From contig CABMEU010000017.1 of the NCBI GenBank assembly GCA_902385225.1, positions 1-57,345 on the forward strand: a DNA stretch of 57,345 nucleotides, written 5' to 3'. Made by a program: the position numbers and the translations under genes. Source of the DNA: an uncultured archaeon. Lineage in GTDB: Archaea > Iainarchaeota > Iainarchaeia > Iainarchaeales > JAAZKV01. The notes under the pieces were generated by a model. The model did no database searches, was not told where the DNA came from, and saw only the letters and a program-made list of their open reading frames with translations. This document shows, piece after piece, positions 16,937 through 26,360 of this stretch (positions are counted from its first letter, which is position 1; each line of letters begins with the position of its first letter).

Positions 16937-17037
16937 GAATTAAGGATATTAATTTAGTATTATTAATACCTGTGATTAAGACCAGTTATTCTTAGCACAA
17001 GGCAAAGGAATTTAAATCGGGAAACGTTTTCTTTGTC

Positions 17038-17484
17038 ATGACTAATGTTGAAGAAATGATTTTAGGTATTACGAATGAGGAAGTGAAAGCGCTGCAAAAG
17101 GAATTAATCGTCCTATATAACATGGAATCCTTTGAGAGAAAGAATTACCTTGAACAATCAATGAAACTTGAGGGGGGCATAATTGAAGTAGTAAAGGACC
17201 TTGAGCAACAGGAAGAAATGCACGAGGCTGTACTAGCGATGATCTTAATTAAGGCCGGAATAAAGGCAAAAGAAACTAGCGAAAAACTGCCCGAGTTAAT
17301 GATAAGCAGACCGGTATCAAAAGTCGTAAAACTTGATATTGAGCGGGAGAGAACCGCAATTGGGCTTTATGAAGAAATAATCTCAAAAGCGGGACCAAAT
17401 CTGGCAAAAGTGCTAAAATTCATAATGGAGCAGGAATTTGGGCATGTAAAAATACTTGAGAGGTTTTTGCTTAATAGCCAGTGA
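17038..17484 (+). CDS. Ferritin-like (four-helix bundle, di-iron-type E..H motifs) protein
   Basis: QEEMHEAVL and MEQEFGHVKILE resemble the paired ExxH motifs of the ferritin/rubrerythrin-like superfamily. Confidence 0.5.
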   Translation: MTNVEEMILGITNEEVKALQKELIVLYNMESFERKNYLEQSMKLEGGIIEVVKDLEQQEEMHEAVLAMILIKAGIKAKETSEKLPELMISRPVSKVVKLDIERERTAIGLYEEIISKAGPNLAKVLKFIMEQEFGHVKILERFLLNSQ

Positions 17485-17550
17485 ATTAGCTAAAAATCCT
17501 AAAGCTGATTTACTGCGAAGCATTAAATACACAAAAAGCGTCTTCTTAGC

Positions 17551-17880
17551 ATGGCCAAAAAATCCAGTAAATCAAGTAACAACGTTTTGGCAGCGATTAC
17601 GCACATCTTGGGAATATTCATTTCCTTCATCGGCGCGCTTGTAGTATACATCGCGGTTGATAATAAAGAAGTGAAGAACCACGCAAAGAACGCGCTGAAC
17701 TGGCAAATCAGCCTGATAATCTATTCAATAATATCAATCATTTTGATAATCGTTATTATTGGAATAGTACTGCTCGTTCTGCTTGGAATCCTGAATGTGA
17801 TTTTCTGCATAATCGCCGCAATCAAAGCGAGCGACGGGAAATTATGGGAATACCCGCTCACAATCAAATTCCTCAAGTGA
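17551..17880 (+). CDS. DUF4870-type small membrane protein
   Basis: AAITHILGIFISFIGALVVYI....KNHAKNALNWQISLIIYSII matches the characteristic DUF4870 pattern (HL.g....igpLi.w......v..HaKeaLNFQIsl). Confidence 0.6.
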   Translation: MAKKSSKSSNNVLAAITHILGIFISFIGALVVYIAVDNKEVKNHAKNALNWQISLIIYSIISIILIIVIIGIVLLVLLGILNVIFCIIAAIKASDGKLWEYPLTIKFLK

Positions 17881-17984
17881 AGAACTTGGGGAATTCCCTT
17901 TTTTTTGATTTTATTCTTTAGGAATTAATGCCCCACCTTTTCATTTAAATACTTCTTGGTCTTTGATATTAACCTGCGGTTAAA

Positions 17985-18842
17985 ATGGATTTACTCACAC
18001 TAAAAGAACTCACAAGGGAGCAAATAGACGAACTCCTCTGCCTTGCGGATGAGATGAAGAGAGTGCCTGAGAACTATTATGAAACGCTCAAGGGAAAAAT
18101 ACTTGTAATGCTATTTGAGAAAACCTCTACCCGAACGCGGACAAGCTTTGAAGCAGGAATGGTGCAGCTCGGCGGACACGCCATTTATTTGGATTGGAAG
18201 AGCACCCAACTCGGCAAAGCGAAACTCGCTGATGAAATAAAATGCATTGAGAGATACGCGGATATTATGATGGCCCGCGTATATACACACGAATCAATAC
18301 AAGAAATCGCTGGGGCATCAACTAAACCAGTAATTAATGCTCTCTGTGACAAATACCACCCCTGCCAAATACTCGCTGACCTAATGACTATACGCGAACA
18401 CTACGGGAAACTTGAGGGACTCACACTTGCGTATTTGGGTGATGGGAATAATGTCTGCAATACTCTGATTATTGGATGCAAAAAAATGGGGATGAAAATT
18501 AATGTTGCTACTCCTAAAGGATATGAGCCGCTTGAGAAACCTGATTTATTGACGAACAATCCGAAGGAAGCAGTGAAGGGAGCGGATGTAGTTTATACTG
18601 ATACATGGGTCTCAATGGGACAGGAAGAGGAAAAAGAGAAACGAATGAAAATATTTCCTCCCTACCAAGTAACTAAAGAACTCCTTGGAAAAGCCATCTT
18701 CATGCACTGCTTGCCCGCCTACCGCGGACTAGAAGTCACAGATGAAGTAATTGACTCAAAACAAAGCGTGGTATTTGACGAAGCCGAGAACCGAATGCAC
18801 GCCCAAAAAGCGCTGATGGTGAAACTGCTAAAGGAATGGTAG
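17985..18842 (+). CDS. argF: Ornithine carbamoyltransferase (short form)
   Basis: FEKTSTRTRTSFE, HPCQILADL, DTWVSMGQEEE, FMHCLPAYRGLEVTDEVID and VVFDEAENRMHAQKAL are OTCase-type motifs (HCLPA rather than the ATCase HPLPR). Confidence 0.88.
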   Translation: MDLLTLKELTREQIDELLCLADEMKRVPENYYETLKGKILVMLFEKTSTRTRTSFEAGMVQLGGHAIYLDWKSTQLGKAKLADEIKCIERYADIMMARVYTHESIQEIAGASTKPVINALCDKYHPCQILADLMTIREHYGKLEGLTLAYLGDGNNVCNTLIIGCKKMGMKINVATPKGYEPLEKPDLLTNNPKEAVKGADVVYTDTWVSMGQEEEKEKRMKIFPPYQVTKELLGKAIFMHCLPAYRGLEVTDEVIDSKQSVVFDEAENRMHAQKALMVKLLKEW

Positions 18843-18891
18843 TGTTTGAGAGAGTCTAAAGAAAGTTTAATATATAGCCTGACTAAGTAAT

Positions 18892-19596
18892 TTGTATAGA
18901 GTTGATTGGTGTTATTATATGAGGAACTCGGGAAGATCTTTTGGCAGGGATGGGAGCGATTTTAGACACTTTCTTAAGGGAAGAGTAACGCATAGCAAGC
19001 CCGTGCCAGGCATGGCGCCTGCTAAAAAAGCTGCCGAGAAATTGCCTAAGAAATTTGAAGAAATTGCGCTTGCCGCGGCAAGGCTGGAATTCTTACAAAG
19101 ACAAAATGTGGGCTTAAAGAATGTTCAACGATCTAAATTAGCAAATCTAGCGCTTGTTCTTTCAAACACTGGAAAATATGAGGAATTCGCCAAGGTAATG
19201 GCTGAGTGGCGCAAAATGCAGCACCCTGGGGCTAAGGTTACGGCAATCGAGCTAGTGTCAAAGAAGATTGACCTTGTAATGCCTTTAGTTGGAACCGCAG
19301 TGCGCAGAAGGATAGCATGCCTGCCTGTATCAGAGCAGAATCTTATCAATGTAAAGTGGGACAAAGCTATTCAGACAGAATTCGCATCCGCATTGAAAGT
19401 GGGTCTGAGAAGAATGTATGATGTTCAGCAGAATCCTGACTGGGCCGCTTTTGTCGGCGAGGTTCATATGAACACGCGCCACATTAATCGTCCAAGCGTG
19501 GATTTTATTCTTGGAGTATATTTGGAGACAGTTGGGAAACTGGATAAACGGGTAACCGAGATAATACAATCCGGCAAGATTGAGAGCGGGAATTAA
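18892..19596 (+). CDS. Hypothetical protein (orphan)
   Basis: 234-aa ORF. TATA-like AGTTTAATATATAG upstream. Start ambiguous (TTG 18892 or ATG 18919). Confidence 0.5.
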   Translation: MYRVDWCYYMRNSGRSFGRDGSDFRHFLKGRVTHSKPVPGMAPAKKAAEKLPKKFEEIALAAARLEFLQRQNVGLKNVQRSKLANLALVLSNTGKYEEFAKVMAEWRKMQHPGAKVTAIELVSKKIDLVMPLVGTAVRRRIACLPVSEQNLINVKWDKAIQTEFASALKVGLRRMYDVQQNPDWAAFVGEVHMNTRHINRPSVDFILGVYLETVGKLDKRVTEIIQSGKIESGN

Positions 19597-19612
19597 TTTT
19601 CTTTATGGGTGA

Positions 19613-20071
19613 ATGCAGATGACAAAACCAGTTAGAAAACCAATGCGAGGAACACCAAAACCAACAAAGGTAAAGCTTCCAATACGCAGATTGACATTTA
19701 ATACTGAGGTTTTTAAAAGACGATTCGAAACGAAGGCGAAGGAAGTTGGGTGGGTCGGCAACGGAACCCTTCCAACACAAATGCTTATGCCTTTTGTTCT
19801 AAGCAGATTATCAAAGCAAAATGGAATGGGGAAATTATTTAGGGCTGAGAATCGTTCACGAAAAATATTCGAGTCAGTTGTGGCTGATGTGGGCACCGGA
19901 AAAATTGGGCGCGATGTAATGGTTAACCTTTGCTATAGGGCACACCTAACCCGCCCGCAGGCTGAATTGATTATAAATGAATTGCGCGAATTTGCAAAAA
20001 GAGTTCCTGCCTTGGAGAGATATGCCCAAAATTTGAGTCTACAGGGCACGAATCCAAATCTTAAGAATTAA
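19613..20071 (+). CDS. Hypothetical basic protein (orphan)
   Basis: N-terminus MQMTKPVRKPMRGTPKPTKVKLPIRR. Followed by CCCCACTTTTTTTT. Confidence 0.5.
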   Translation: MQMTKPVRKPMRGTPKPTKVKLPIRRLTFNTEVFKRRFETKAKEVGWVGNGTLPTQMLMPFVLSRLSKQNGMGKLFRAENRSRKIFESVVADVGTGKIGRDVMVNLCYRAHLTRPQAELIINELREFAKRVPALERYAQNLSLQGTNPNLKN

Positions 20072-20086
20072 CACCCCCACTTTTTT

Positions 20087-20356
20087 TTACTTAATCGTGC
20101 TAAGAATTAGCTCTTCCTTCTTCTTCCTGCTCAACTTCTTTAGTTCAAGTTCTCTCCTCATCGCCAAGAGCTGGGTGCTTTGGGGCTCGGAGTAAATCAG
20201 TTTTACGGGAAGCCTTGCTCTTGTGTATTTACTCGCGCTCCCCTCATTGTGCTTTTTTAGGCGCTTATTCAAATCCTTTGTGTAGCCGCAATAGTATGAG
20301 CCGTCACTGCACAAAAGAAAATAAACAAAGAAAGGCATGCCTAAATTAAACACCAA
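20087..20356 (-). CDS. GIY-YIG domain protein (UPF0213-like)
   Basis: FVYFLLCSDGSYYCGYTKDLNKRLKKHNEG...YTRARLPVKLIYSE. Confidence 0.85.
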   Translation of the reverse strand: MVFNLGMPFFVYFLLCSDGSYYCGYTKDLNKRLKKHNEGSASKYTRARLPVKLIYSEPQSTQLLAMRRELELKKLSRKKKEELILSTIK

Positions 20357-20392
20357 CAGATTTAATGGTTTAACTTAATGACGCTGGAAAGG

Positions 20393-20401
20393 TTTAAGTA
20401 A
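20393..20401 (+). promoter_or_regulatory. TATA box TTTAAGTAA for the DUF1846 gene
   Basis: AAAGGTTTAAGTAA; 24 nt before TTG 20417 and 30 nt before in-frame GTG 20423. Confidence 0.55.
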
Positions 20402-20416
20402 TTCCTGCGCGTTTCT

Positions 20417-21490
20417 TTGTTCGTGAAAGAAAAAACAGAATTAATCAAAGAGAAAGGATTTGATAACTCCAAGTATCTTAAGGCGCAGCTCGCCGCAATC
20501 CGTGAAAGAGTATCAAAGTTTGATAAACTCTATCTTGAGATAGGCGGAAGACTCACGTTTGACGGGCATGCCTCAAGAGTGCTCCCTGGGTATGACCCAA
20601 AGAACAAAATGGCAATACTTAAAGCGCTTGGAAAGGATATTGGGATGCTTTACTGCATCAGCGCAATTGAACTTGAGAAGGAACTCACTTACAAGCGGAG
20701 CTGGAGTGATACAAAACTAAGCCTTGATGAACTTGCAATCAAAGAGACAAATGCACTTGAAAATGCGGGGGTTCATGTGGTTGGAATTGTTGCTACTCGC
20801 TTTTCGGGGCAAAAAAAGGTGCTCGCGTTTAAGAAAAAACTCGCGCGCTTAGGGAAAAAGCTTTACTTTACACACACTATAGCCGGATATCCTTATGAAA
20901 TGAAGAAAGTGTTTGGGGAAAACGGATTTTCTGCACAGGGGTTTATTCCGACGAATAAGAAAATCATTGGTGTTACCGGTGCCGGAGCAAATTCCGGAAA
21001 AATGTTTGTGTGCCTCTCACAAGTGTATCAAGAAAGTAAACGCGGGGTAAGCGCGGGGTACGCAAAGCTTGAAACATTTCCAATTTGGAACTTGCCAATC
21101 ACGCATCCGGTGAATATTGCTTACGAAGCCGCGACCGCTGATATTGGGGACAAAATCATGGTTGATGAGTATCACAAAAAGGCTTACAACATAACAGCGG
21201 TTAATTACAACCGCGATATTGAGAACTTCTACATACTAAAGAGAATTATAAAGCGAATTGTTCCTGCGGAAAACTACATGCACTCGTACAAATCACCAAC
21301 TGACATGGGGATGAACAAAGCGAAGGTTGGGATAATTAATGATGCTACATGCCAAGAGGCTGGAAGAGCAGAAGTTGTGCGAAGGTATGAGTTCTATAAA
21401 CATAACTTGAAGGGAAAAAATCGGGAAGAAACATTAAAAAGAATGAAAGTGATACTAAAAAAAGTGGGACTAGCGGAAGTGAGAGATTGA
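20417..21490 (+). CDS. DUF1846 (UPF0371) family protein, C-terminally short
   Basis: FDNSKYLKAQ..AIRERV..FDKLYLEIGG.L..D.HASRVLPGYDP and GYAKLETFPIWNLPITHPVNIAYEAATADI...NYNRDIE match UPF0371. As I recall, family members are about 490-500 aa; this one has 357. Confidence 0.8.
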   Translation: MFVKEKTELIKEKGFDNSKYLKAQLAAIRERVSKFDKLYLEIGGRLTFDGHASRVLPGYDPKNKMAILKALGKDIGMLYCISAIELEKELTYKRSWSDTKLSLDELAIKETNALENAGVHVVGIVATRFSGQKKVLAFKKKLARLGKKLYFTHTIAGYPYEMKKVFGENGFSAQGFIPTNKKIIGVTGAGANSGKMFVCLSQVYQESKRGVSAGYAKLETFPIWNLPITHPVNIAYEAATADIGDKIMVDEYHKKAYNITAVNYNRDIENFYILKRIIKRIVPAENYMHSYKSPTDMGMNKAKVGIINDATCQEAGRAEVVRRYEFYKHNLKGKNREETLKRMKVILKKVGLAEVRD

Positions 21491-22269
21491 TTAAGGGAAG
21501 CAAGGGTTCTTTTACACCGGAACACTTTGTCGGGAAGATAAAAGCGAGGAATGCGGCGAGAAGAAAACCTTGGCGAAACTATTTGAAGAGACTTGCCGTG
21601 GAGACCGCTGCCGTGTCGGGAAGAGAAAAGTGGCGCAAACTCGGAGTGGTTTGGGATGATGGCCGGAATTATGCTAATCACTACTCTCCATTCTTTAGTT
21701 TCGCGCTCTCAAAATTCTTACGAACAAATGTAACTGATATGGCGGGCGGGGTGGCAAACCTTGTGGGAAAGCCAACAATACAAGTTCTTGAGGATGGAGT
21801 TGGGAGAGGAGCATTCCTATCAGAGTTTAAACCAATTCTCTGGAAACTTGGGTTGAAAGCGCAAACCACTGGGCTATATGTTGAGAGGAAGAATCCAAGG
21901 CTTGAGAAAGCAAGAGGTCAAATTGATGAATTACAGAGGGGACTAGCGGAATACTATGTTCCGAAAAAGAAATTTGATTTGTTTGTCTCTTTAGCTGGTT
22001 CTATTCAGGAAACCCTTCCTGCGCACCAAGTAAATAAAATACTCAAATTCGCTTCCGCAATGAATCCAAGGGGATTAATGCTTGTGGGGCTTGTAAGGGG
22101 GTCATTTGATTTTAGATTTGATTTTCAGGTTGCAAAAGTTAAACGCGTGCTTATGGAAGAAGGGTTTCGGGCGGAAGTGTACAAAGTGCCTTCTGAGGTA
22201 ACGCCAGGGGTAACATTGCCAAACTATGTGCTCGTGGCGCAAAGGGGGCGCTTGCGGGGTTCAAAATAA
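21487..22269 (+). CDS. Orphan protein with divergent Rossmann/SAM-methyltransferase-like core and basic N-terminus
   Basis: TTG start overlaps the upstream TGA (TTGA). VLEDGVGRGAF (motif I-like), GLYVE, FDLFVS, MNPRGLMLVGL. Confidence 0.5.
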   Translation: MIKGSKGSFTPEHFVGKIKARNAARRKPWRNYLKRLAVETAAVSGREKWRKLGVVWDDGRNYANHYSPFFSFALSKFLRTNVTDMAGGVANLVGKPTIQVLEDGVGRGAFLSEFKPILWKLGLKAQTTGLYVERKNPRLEKARGQIDELQRGLAEYYVPKKKFDLFVSLAGSIQETLPAHQVNKILKFASAMNPRGLMLVGLVRGSFDFRFDFQVAKVKRVLMEEGFRAEVYKVPSEVTPGVTLPNYVLVAQRGRLRGSK

Positions 22270-22486
22270 ATTATATTTAATGGAAGCTTCACTTCCTTTA
22301 ATAATCAATTTTCTGTATTCGCTTTTTGTTCCTGAAAACTACAAAATCCTGGACACATTTGGACTTTGCTCGAAAGAATTATTTTTGAGTTAATTCCTCT
22401 AAAAAGCAGTTTTCAAGAGGAACAAAGCATAATTCGCCAAAAACCCTTCAAAATGGAAACCTTAATATTCCCCCTTAGTGCTTAGT

Positions 22487-23365
22487 ATGCAAGTGGTTTT
22501 AATGAGAATGAATTTAATGGCTGGCGGAGTACTTGCGATTTTTGCGCTTCTAGTACTCTTTGGGTGCACAATTCCAAATATAGGGTCCTTTGTAATTGGC
22601 GAGAACTTTACAGCAAAGGCAGGAAATCTTTATTACAATTCCGCTGAAGAACTTGGGGTATACGTGCTTGGAATTACTGATTCCCGCTGCCCTCAAGGGG
22701 TTGAATGTATCTGGGCGGGAGAACTTGGGGTCAACTTAGTTATTGCTGCAAAGGACTTTAATCAAGCACTCAATTTGGGAATGACCACAAAACCCACAAC
22801 CATAGTTTCTCCATATTCAATAAATTTAATTTCGGTAAATCCTGACACAAATGAAGCGGTTATTAGAATAGACCCGACAATAGCCCCAATAGTTGGCGGA
22901 GATAAGGATACACACGGATGCATACCTTCGGCGGGTTACTCCTGGTGCGAAACAAAACAAAAATGTTTGCGCGTATGGGAAGAGAATTGCGCTGACACAA
23001 ATGCAGGGCTTGCGAATCCTGCCTCAACGAACTGCATTGACCACAATGGGACTCTGAATATAATGGATACTAATGAAGGGCAAGTTGGAATGTGCACCCT
23101 TCCAGGCGGGAAAGTATGCGAAGAATGGGCGCTCCTCAGAGGAGATTGTAATGCCAATATTTGCGGAGCATGCCCCCAGTATACTCCTCCGGCACCAGGA
23201 TTTTGCCCCAATGGAGATATAGTTGCCGGAGCGGTAAATGAATGCGGATGCATTGCTCCGCCAACATGTGCTCCTATCGCATGCACGCTTGATGCCAAAG
23301 CCTGCCCTGATGGATCATACGTTGGAAGAGTAGCGCCTGACTGTAACTTTGAGCCCTGCCCATAA
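22487..23365 (+). CDS. Lipoprotein with C-terminal DUF333 (putative hemolysin-type) Cys-rich domain
   Basis: Lipobox LLVLFGC. NPASTNCIDHNGTLNIMDTNEGQVGMCTLPGGKVCEEWALLRGDC matches the DUF333 pattern. Additional Cys/Pro-rich tail. Confidence 0.7.
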   Translation: MQVVLMRMNLMAGGVLAIFALLVLFGCTIPNIGSFVIGENFTAKAGNLYYNSAEELGVYVLGITDSRCPQGVECIWAGELGVNLVIAAKDFNQALNLGMTTKPTTIVSPYSINLISVNPDTNEAVIRIDPTIAPIVGGDKDTHGCIPSAGYSWCETKQKCLRVWEENCADTNAGLANPASTNCIDHNGTLNIMDTNEGQVGMCTLPGGKVCEEWALLRGDCNANICGACPQYTPPAPGFCPNGDIVAGAVNECGCIAPPTCAPIACTLDAKACPDGSYVGRVAPDCNFEPCP

Positions 23366-23403
23366 AGTTAAAATGATTCTTGGAGAATATCCAAAAATTA
23401 AAA

Positions 23404-23586
23404 TCAGTTCTCTTTTTTCTTTTCTAATGGTTTTGGGCCATCGGATTTCTGGCGACCAGCATCCATAATGTTTTGATCCATTGAGGTGCGATTCGCTCTC
23501 TGCCACTGCTGTTCGCGGCCATTATCCCTGCTCTTATTAATTGCGGCAAGATTTGCTTTTTGCTGTTTTTTAGAAGTAGTAACCAT
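23404..23586 (-). CDS. Small hydrophilic protein (60 aa)
   Basis: MVTTSKKQQKANLAAINKSRDNGREQQWQRANRTSMDQ... A minus-strand TATA AAATATATAC starts 31 nt upstream of ATG 23586. Confidence 0.4.
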   Translation of the reverse strand: MVTTSKKQQKANLAAINKSRDNGREQQWQRANRTSMDQNIMDAGRQKSDGPKPLEKKKEN

Positions 23587-23640
23587 ATACAATATACAAT
23601 AGCACGAGTATATATTTGGGAGGGTGAGAAAAAGATTTTA

Positions 23641-24375
23641 CTAGAATCTTTCTGGCTCCTTAACTAATCCTTTGAAATAAGGGGCATATTCCTTGAATCC
23701 ATTCGGATCCATTTTTAAAATCTCAAGGAAGCGTTCCGCCATATAAGGCTCTGTTTTAATATAATTCTTCAAGAGCCCGCTATTTTTTAACCACCTTAAC
23801 TCAAGTGCGAGTCCTACTTGGTGGGACCAATTTTCTCCGTATTCGTGTTCTGCGGCTGCATGGTCAAACCTTCTAAGATTCTTATTTCCACCATCCTGAA
23901 TAACTATCACGCCGCTTCTATTCAACGCATTATCATCACGGCGCTCTACTCTCTCTCGGTAAACAGGAAACCCCCTGTGATAGAAAATTGGCTTGCCATA
24001 CCTTTTCTCAAGCTCCCTAGCCTCGGCGAGTGAACTATCCGCACCCCTTAGTCTCTTTGAGGCGATTGTGTAATGAGTTCCCCATGAGAGGAAAAATTCA
24101 CGCGGAACTCTTGAGAGAAAACCCCTTGGATATCTTTTTAGAATAAAGTCCGCGGTAGCGCGAAGACCAATTCTTCTTGAGAGAGAGCGCGAAGCAAACA
24201 GCCTGACACTTGAGTGGGAATCAAAAAGCGAGGAGCGGAGCATTGTAAGACTCTTTGGGTCGCGCATCCGCCCCGCAAGCTTTGCGGCGTCTTTTCTTGC
24301 ATGGTGTGAATAATGACTTTGCATCCACTTTAGGTCTTTGATGGAAACCTTAACTGGTTTTCTTAACTTTGGCAT
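23641..24375 (-). CDS. Hypothetical protein, N-terminal HEAT-like repeat (orphan)
   Basis: 244 aa. MPKLRKPVKV N-terminus. LFDSHSSVRLFASRSL resembles a HEAT/PBS-lyase repeat. Confidence 0.55.
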   Translation of the reverse strand: MPKLRKPVKVSIKDLKWMQSHYSHHARKDAAKLAGRMRDPKSLTMLRSSLFDSHSSVRLFASRSLSRRIGLRATADFILKRYPRGFLSRVPREFFLSWGTHYTIASKRLRGADSSLAEARELEKRYGKPIFYHRGFPVYRERVERRDDNALNRSGVIVIQDGGNKNLRRFDHAAAEHEYGENWSHQVGLALELRWLKNSGLLKNYIKTEPYMAERFLEILKMDPNGFKEYAPYFKGLVKEPERF

Positions 24376-24457
24376 AGTAAATAGAAAACGAGCCGGAAGA
24401 ATATAAAATTAACTTGGGGCGCACTTTTTTATAGATTAAGTAGGGTGATGTGTTGGT

Positions 24458-24943
24458 ATGGAACTCCTTGACCTTGTTGATGGAAATGACAATGTTATTG
24501 GGCAGGAAGAGAAGGACGTTGTTAAGGCAAAGAACTTGCGGCGCAGGATTTCCCATATATTTGTAATGAACAAGAAAGGGCAAATGCTTCTTCAGCTCCG
24601 CGGAAAGGATTGTTCATATTTGCCGGGGTATTGGTGTGTATCCGCGGGAGGACACGTTTCCGCCGGCGAGAGTTATGAGGAAGCGGCGAAGAAGGAACTT
24701 TGGGAAGAGCTTGGGGTGGAAGCGCCTCTAAAGCTCTTGGGAAAGAATCTTTTTGTTACGCCAAAGTTTGAAATATTCATTAGCGCTTTTACTGCCCAGT
24801 ATGCGGGACCATTCAAACTTGAGGAAGGGAAGGTTGCGGAAGTGAAATGGTTCACGCTAGGGGAAATTAAAGAACTAATTAAGAATAATGGGAAAATACA
24901 CCCGGAGCTATTATTCCTTTTGAAGAAGTACTTCTTGAAGTAA
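24458..24943 (+). CDS. NUDIX hydrolase
   Basis: Complete Nudix box GHVSAGESYEEAAKKELWEELGV. Confidence 0.88.
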   Translation: MELLDLVDGNDNVIGQEEKDVVKAKNLRRRISHIFVMNKKGQMLLQLRGKDCSYLPGYWCVSAGGHVSAGESYEEAAKKELWEELGVEAPLKLLGKNLFVTPKFEIFISAFTAQYAGPFKLEEGKVAEVKWFTLGEIKELIKNNGKIHPELLFLLKKYFLK

Positions 24944-24945
24944 GG

Positions 24946-24956
24946 TTTAAGTAAAA
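24946..24956 (+). promoter_or_regulatory. TATA box TTTAAGTAAAA
   Basis: 32 nt upstream of ATG 24978; begins 3 nt after the NUDIX stop codon. Confidence 0.6.
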
Positions 24957-24977
24957 GTACTGCTGTTTTATACTTAC

Positions 24978-25715
24978 ATGCCAAAGATTAGAATCAGAAT
25001 CGGACCGAGTCGTGCACGCGTCCTTAAACCCAAGGGGGTTATAGATTCAAGGCTTAGAACTACACGAATTCAAACCCTGCCTCAAAACATGTTCACTATT
25101 CGTGGAAGACCCTCGAGAGTATTCTCCATGAATACTAACTATGCAAAAGTATCTACTAATCAAAAGAAGGCAGAGGCGTTTGATAATAAATCAAGGTATT
25201 TGCGCAAATCAAAACGCAGGGTTTCTCTATCCAGTATAACAGTTCGTACCCACAATAAAGAGTATTCAAGGAGGATTGCTGAACAGGACACTTTGCGGAG
25301 AGAAAATGACCGGCTTGCAAAGCAAATCAAGTGGAAAATGTTGAAAATAATTGGGAAGATTGACAAGGCAAGTGTGAATCCTGGAAATATTCTTCCAGAG
25401 GTGGAGCGAGCGCAAATAGAAGAACTTGTATCAAATTGGGCGGAGCACGCTGCGGGGTTTTTTCCCGGAGAGGATTTCTTCCTGCAAAAAGGTCCAAATA
25501 ACATCGCCAGAAAACTTTCAGTGAAGCGAATGGGGTTTATTGCGAATAATGCTGCTCAAATATCCCAATTAGCCGAGATGCTTCATGCGCGTTACTTTAT
25601 TTCAGAAGATGATTATCATGCGATACTGGGTCTTATTGAAAAAGGATTTGATTCCGAGCGGGAGTTACAAAGAAAATATCTCAAAAGGGATTTGCCAAAG
25701 TGGTTGAAAAAATGA
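24978..25715 (+). CDS. Hypothetical basic protein (orphan)
   Basis: 245 aa, N-terminus MPKIRIRIGPSRARVLKPKG. Confidence 0.55.
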   Translation: MPKIRIRIGPSRARVLKPKGVIDSRLRTTRIQTLPQNMFTIRGRPSRVFSMNTNYAKVSTNQKKAEAFDNKSRYLRKSKRRVSLSSITVRTHNKEYSRRIAEQDTLRRENDRLAKQIKWKMLKIIGKIDKASVNPGNILPEVERAQIEELVSNWAEHAAGFFPGEDFFLQKGPNNIARKLSVKRMGFIANNAAQISQLAEMLHARYFISEDDYHAILGLIEKGFDSERELQRKYLKRDLPKWLKK

Positions 25716-25740
25716 TTTAATTAGTGCTTTTTGAGAAACC

Positions 25741-25751
25741 TTTAAGTAAAA
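25741..25751 (+). promoter_or_regulatory. TATA box TTTAAGTAAAA
   Basis: 30 nt upstream of ATG 25771. Confidence 0.6.
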
Positions 25752-25770
25752 GCTTTGCAGTTGTCTTGCT

Positions 25771-26346
25771 ATGTCTAAACCAAAGAAAGCGATTGAGTTG
25801 AAAAAACTAATTGGTTTCTTGTGCATATTCGCTTCCGTGCAATTCCTCCTCGTAATGCTTTACCTTGAATCAATCATCCCAGGGTTTGATAGGGCGAAGA
25901 ATGTGATTAGCGATTTGGGTGTGGGAAGCACCGCACTTGCGTTTAACTCCTCAATCATCCTCACAGGAGCAATCGTAATCATTTTGGCATTCCTTTTCTT
26001 AAAATCCTCAAAGAAATTACTTCCATTCACCGCACTAGTTGTGTTTGGAATCGCAATCGCATGCGTTGGGGTATTTCCAACAAACATTCGCGCCCCGCAC
26101 GTTACCGCGGCGATAATCACTTTTGTTATTGGTCCCTTAATTTGTATTGGTTCTTACTGGTACTCAAAAAAACCCCAAAGCTACCTCTTTGTTCTTTTAT
26201 GGTTAATCTCCATAATCGCTTCCATTTCCTACCAATTTAGCGTGCTTGGGGGAACTGGCTTTGGGCTGCTTGAGCGAATAATTGTTTACCCCCTCCTCAT
26301 TTGGGCAATAGTATTTGGAATACAAATGGTTATTGGGAAGAAATAG
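25771..26346 (+). CDS. DUF998-type membrane protein
   Basis: 6 TM with the characteristic ISDLG motif after TM1. Confidence 0.65.
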   Translation: MSKPKKAIELKKLIGFLCIFASVQFLLVMLYLESIIPGFDRAKNVISDLGVGSTALAFNSSIILTGAIVIILAFLFLKSSKKLLPFTALVVFGIAIACVGVFPTNIRAPHVTAAIITFVIGPLICIGSYWYSKKPQSYLFVLLWLISIIASISYQFSVLGGTGFGLLERIIVYPLLIWAIVFGIQMVIGKK

Positions 26347-26360
26347 TCTCATCTTGGGGG

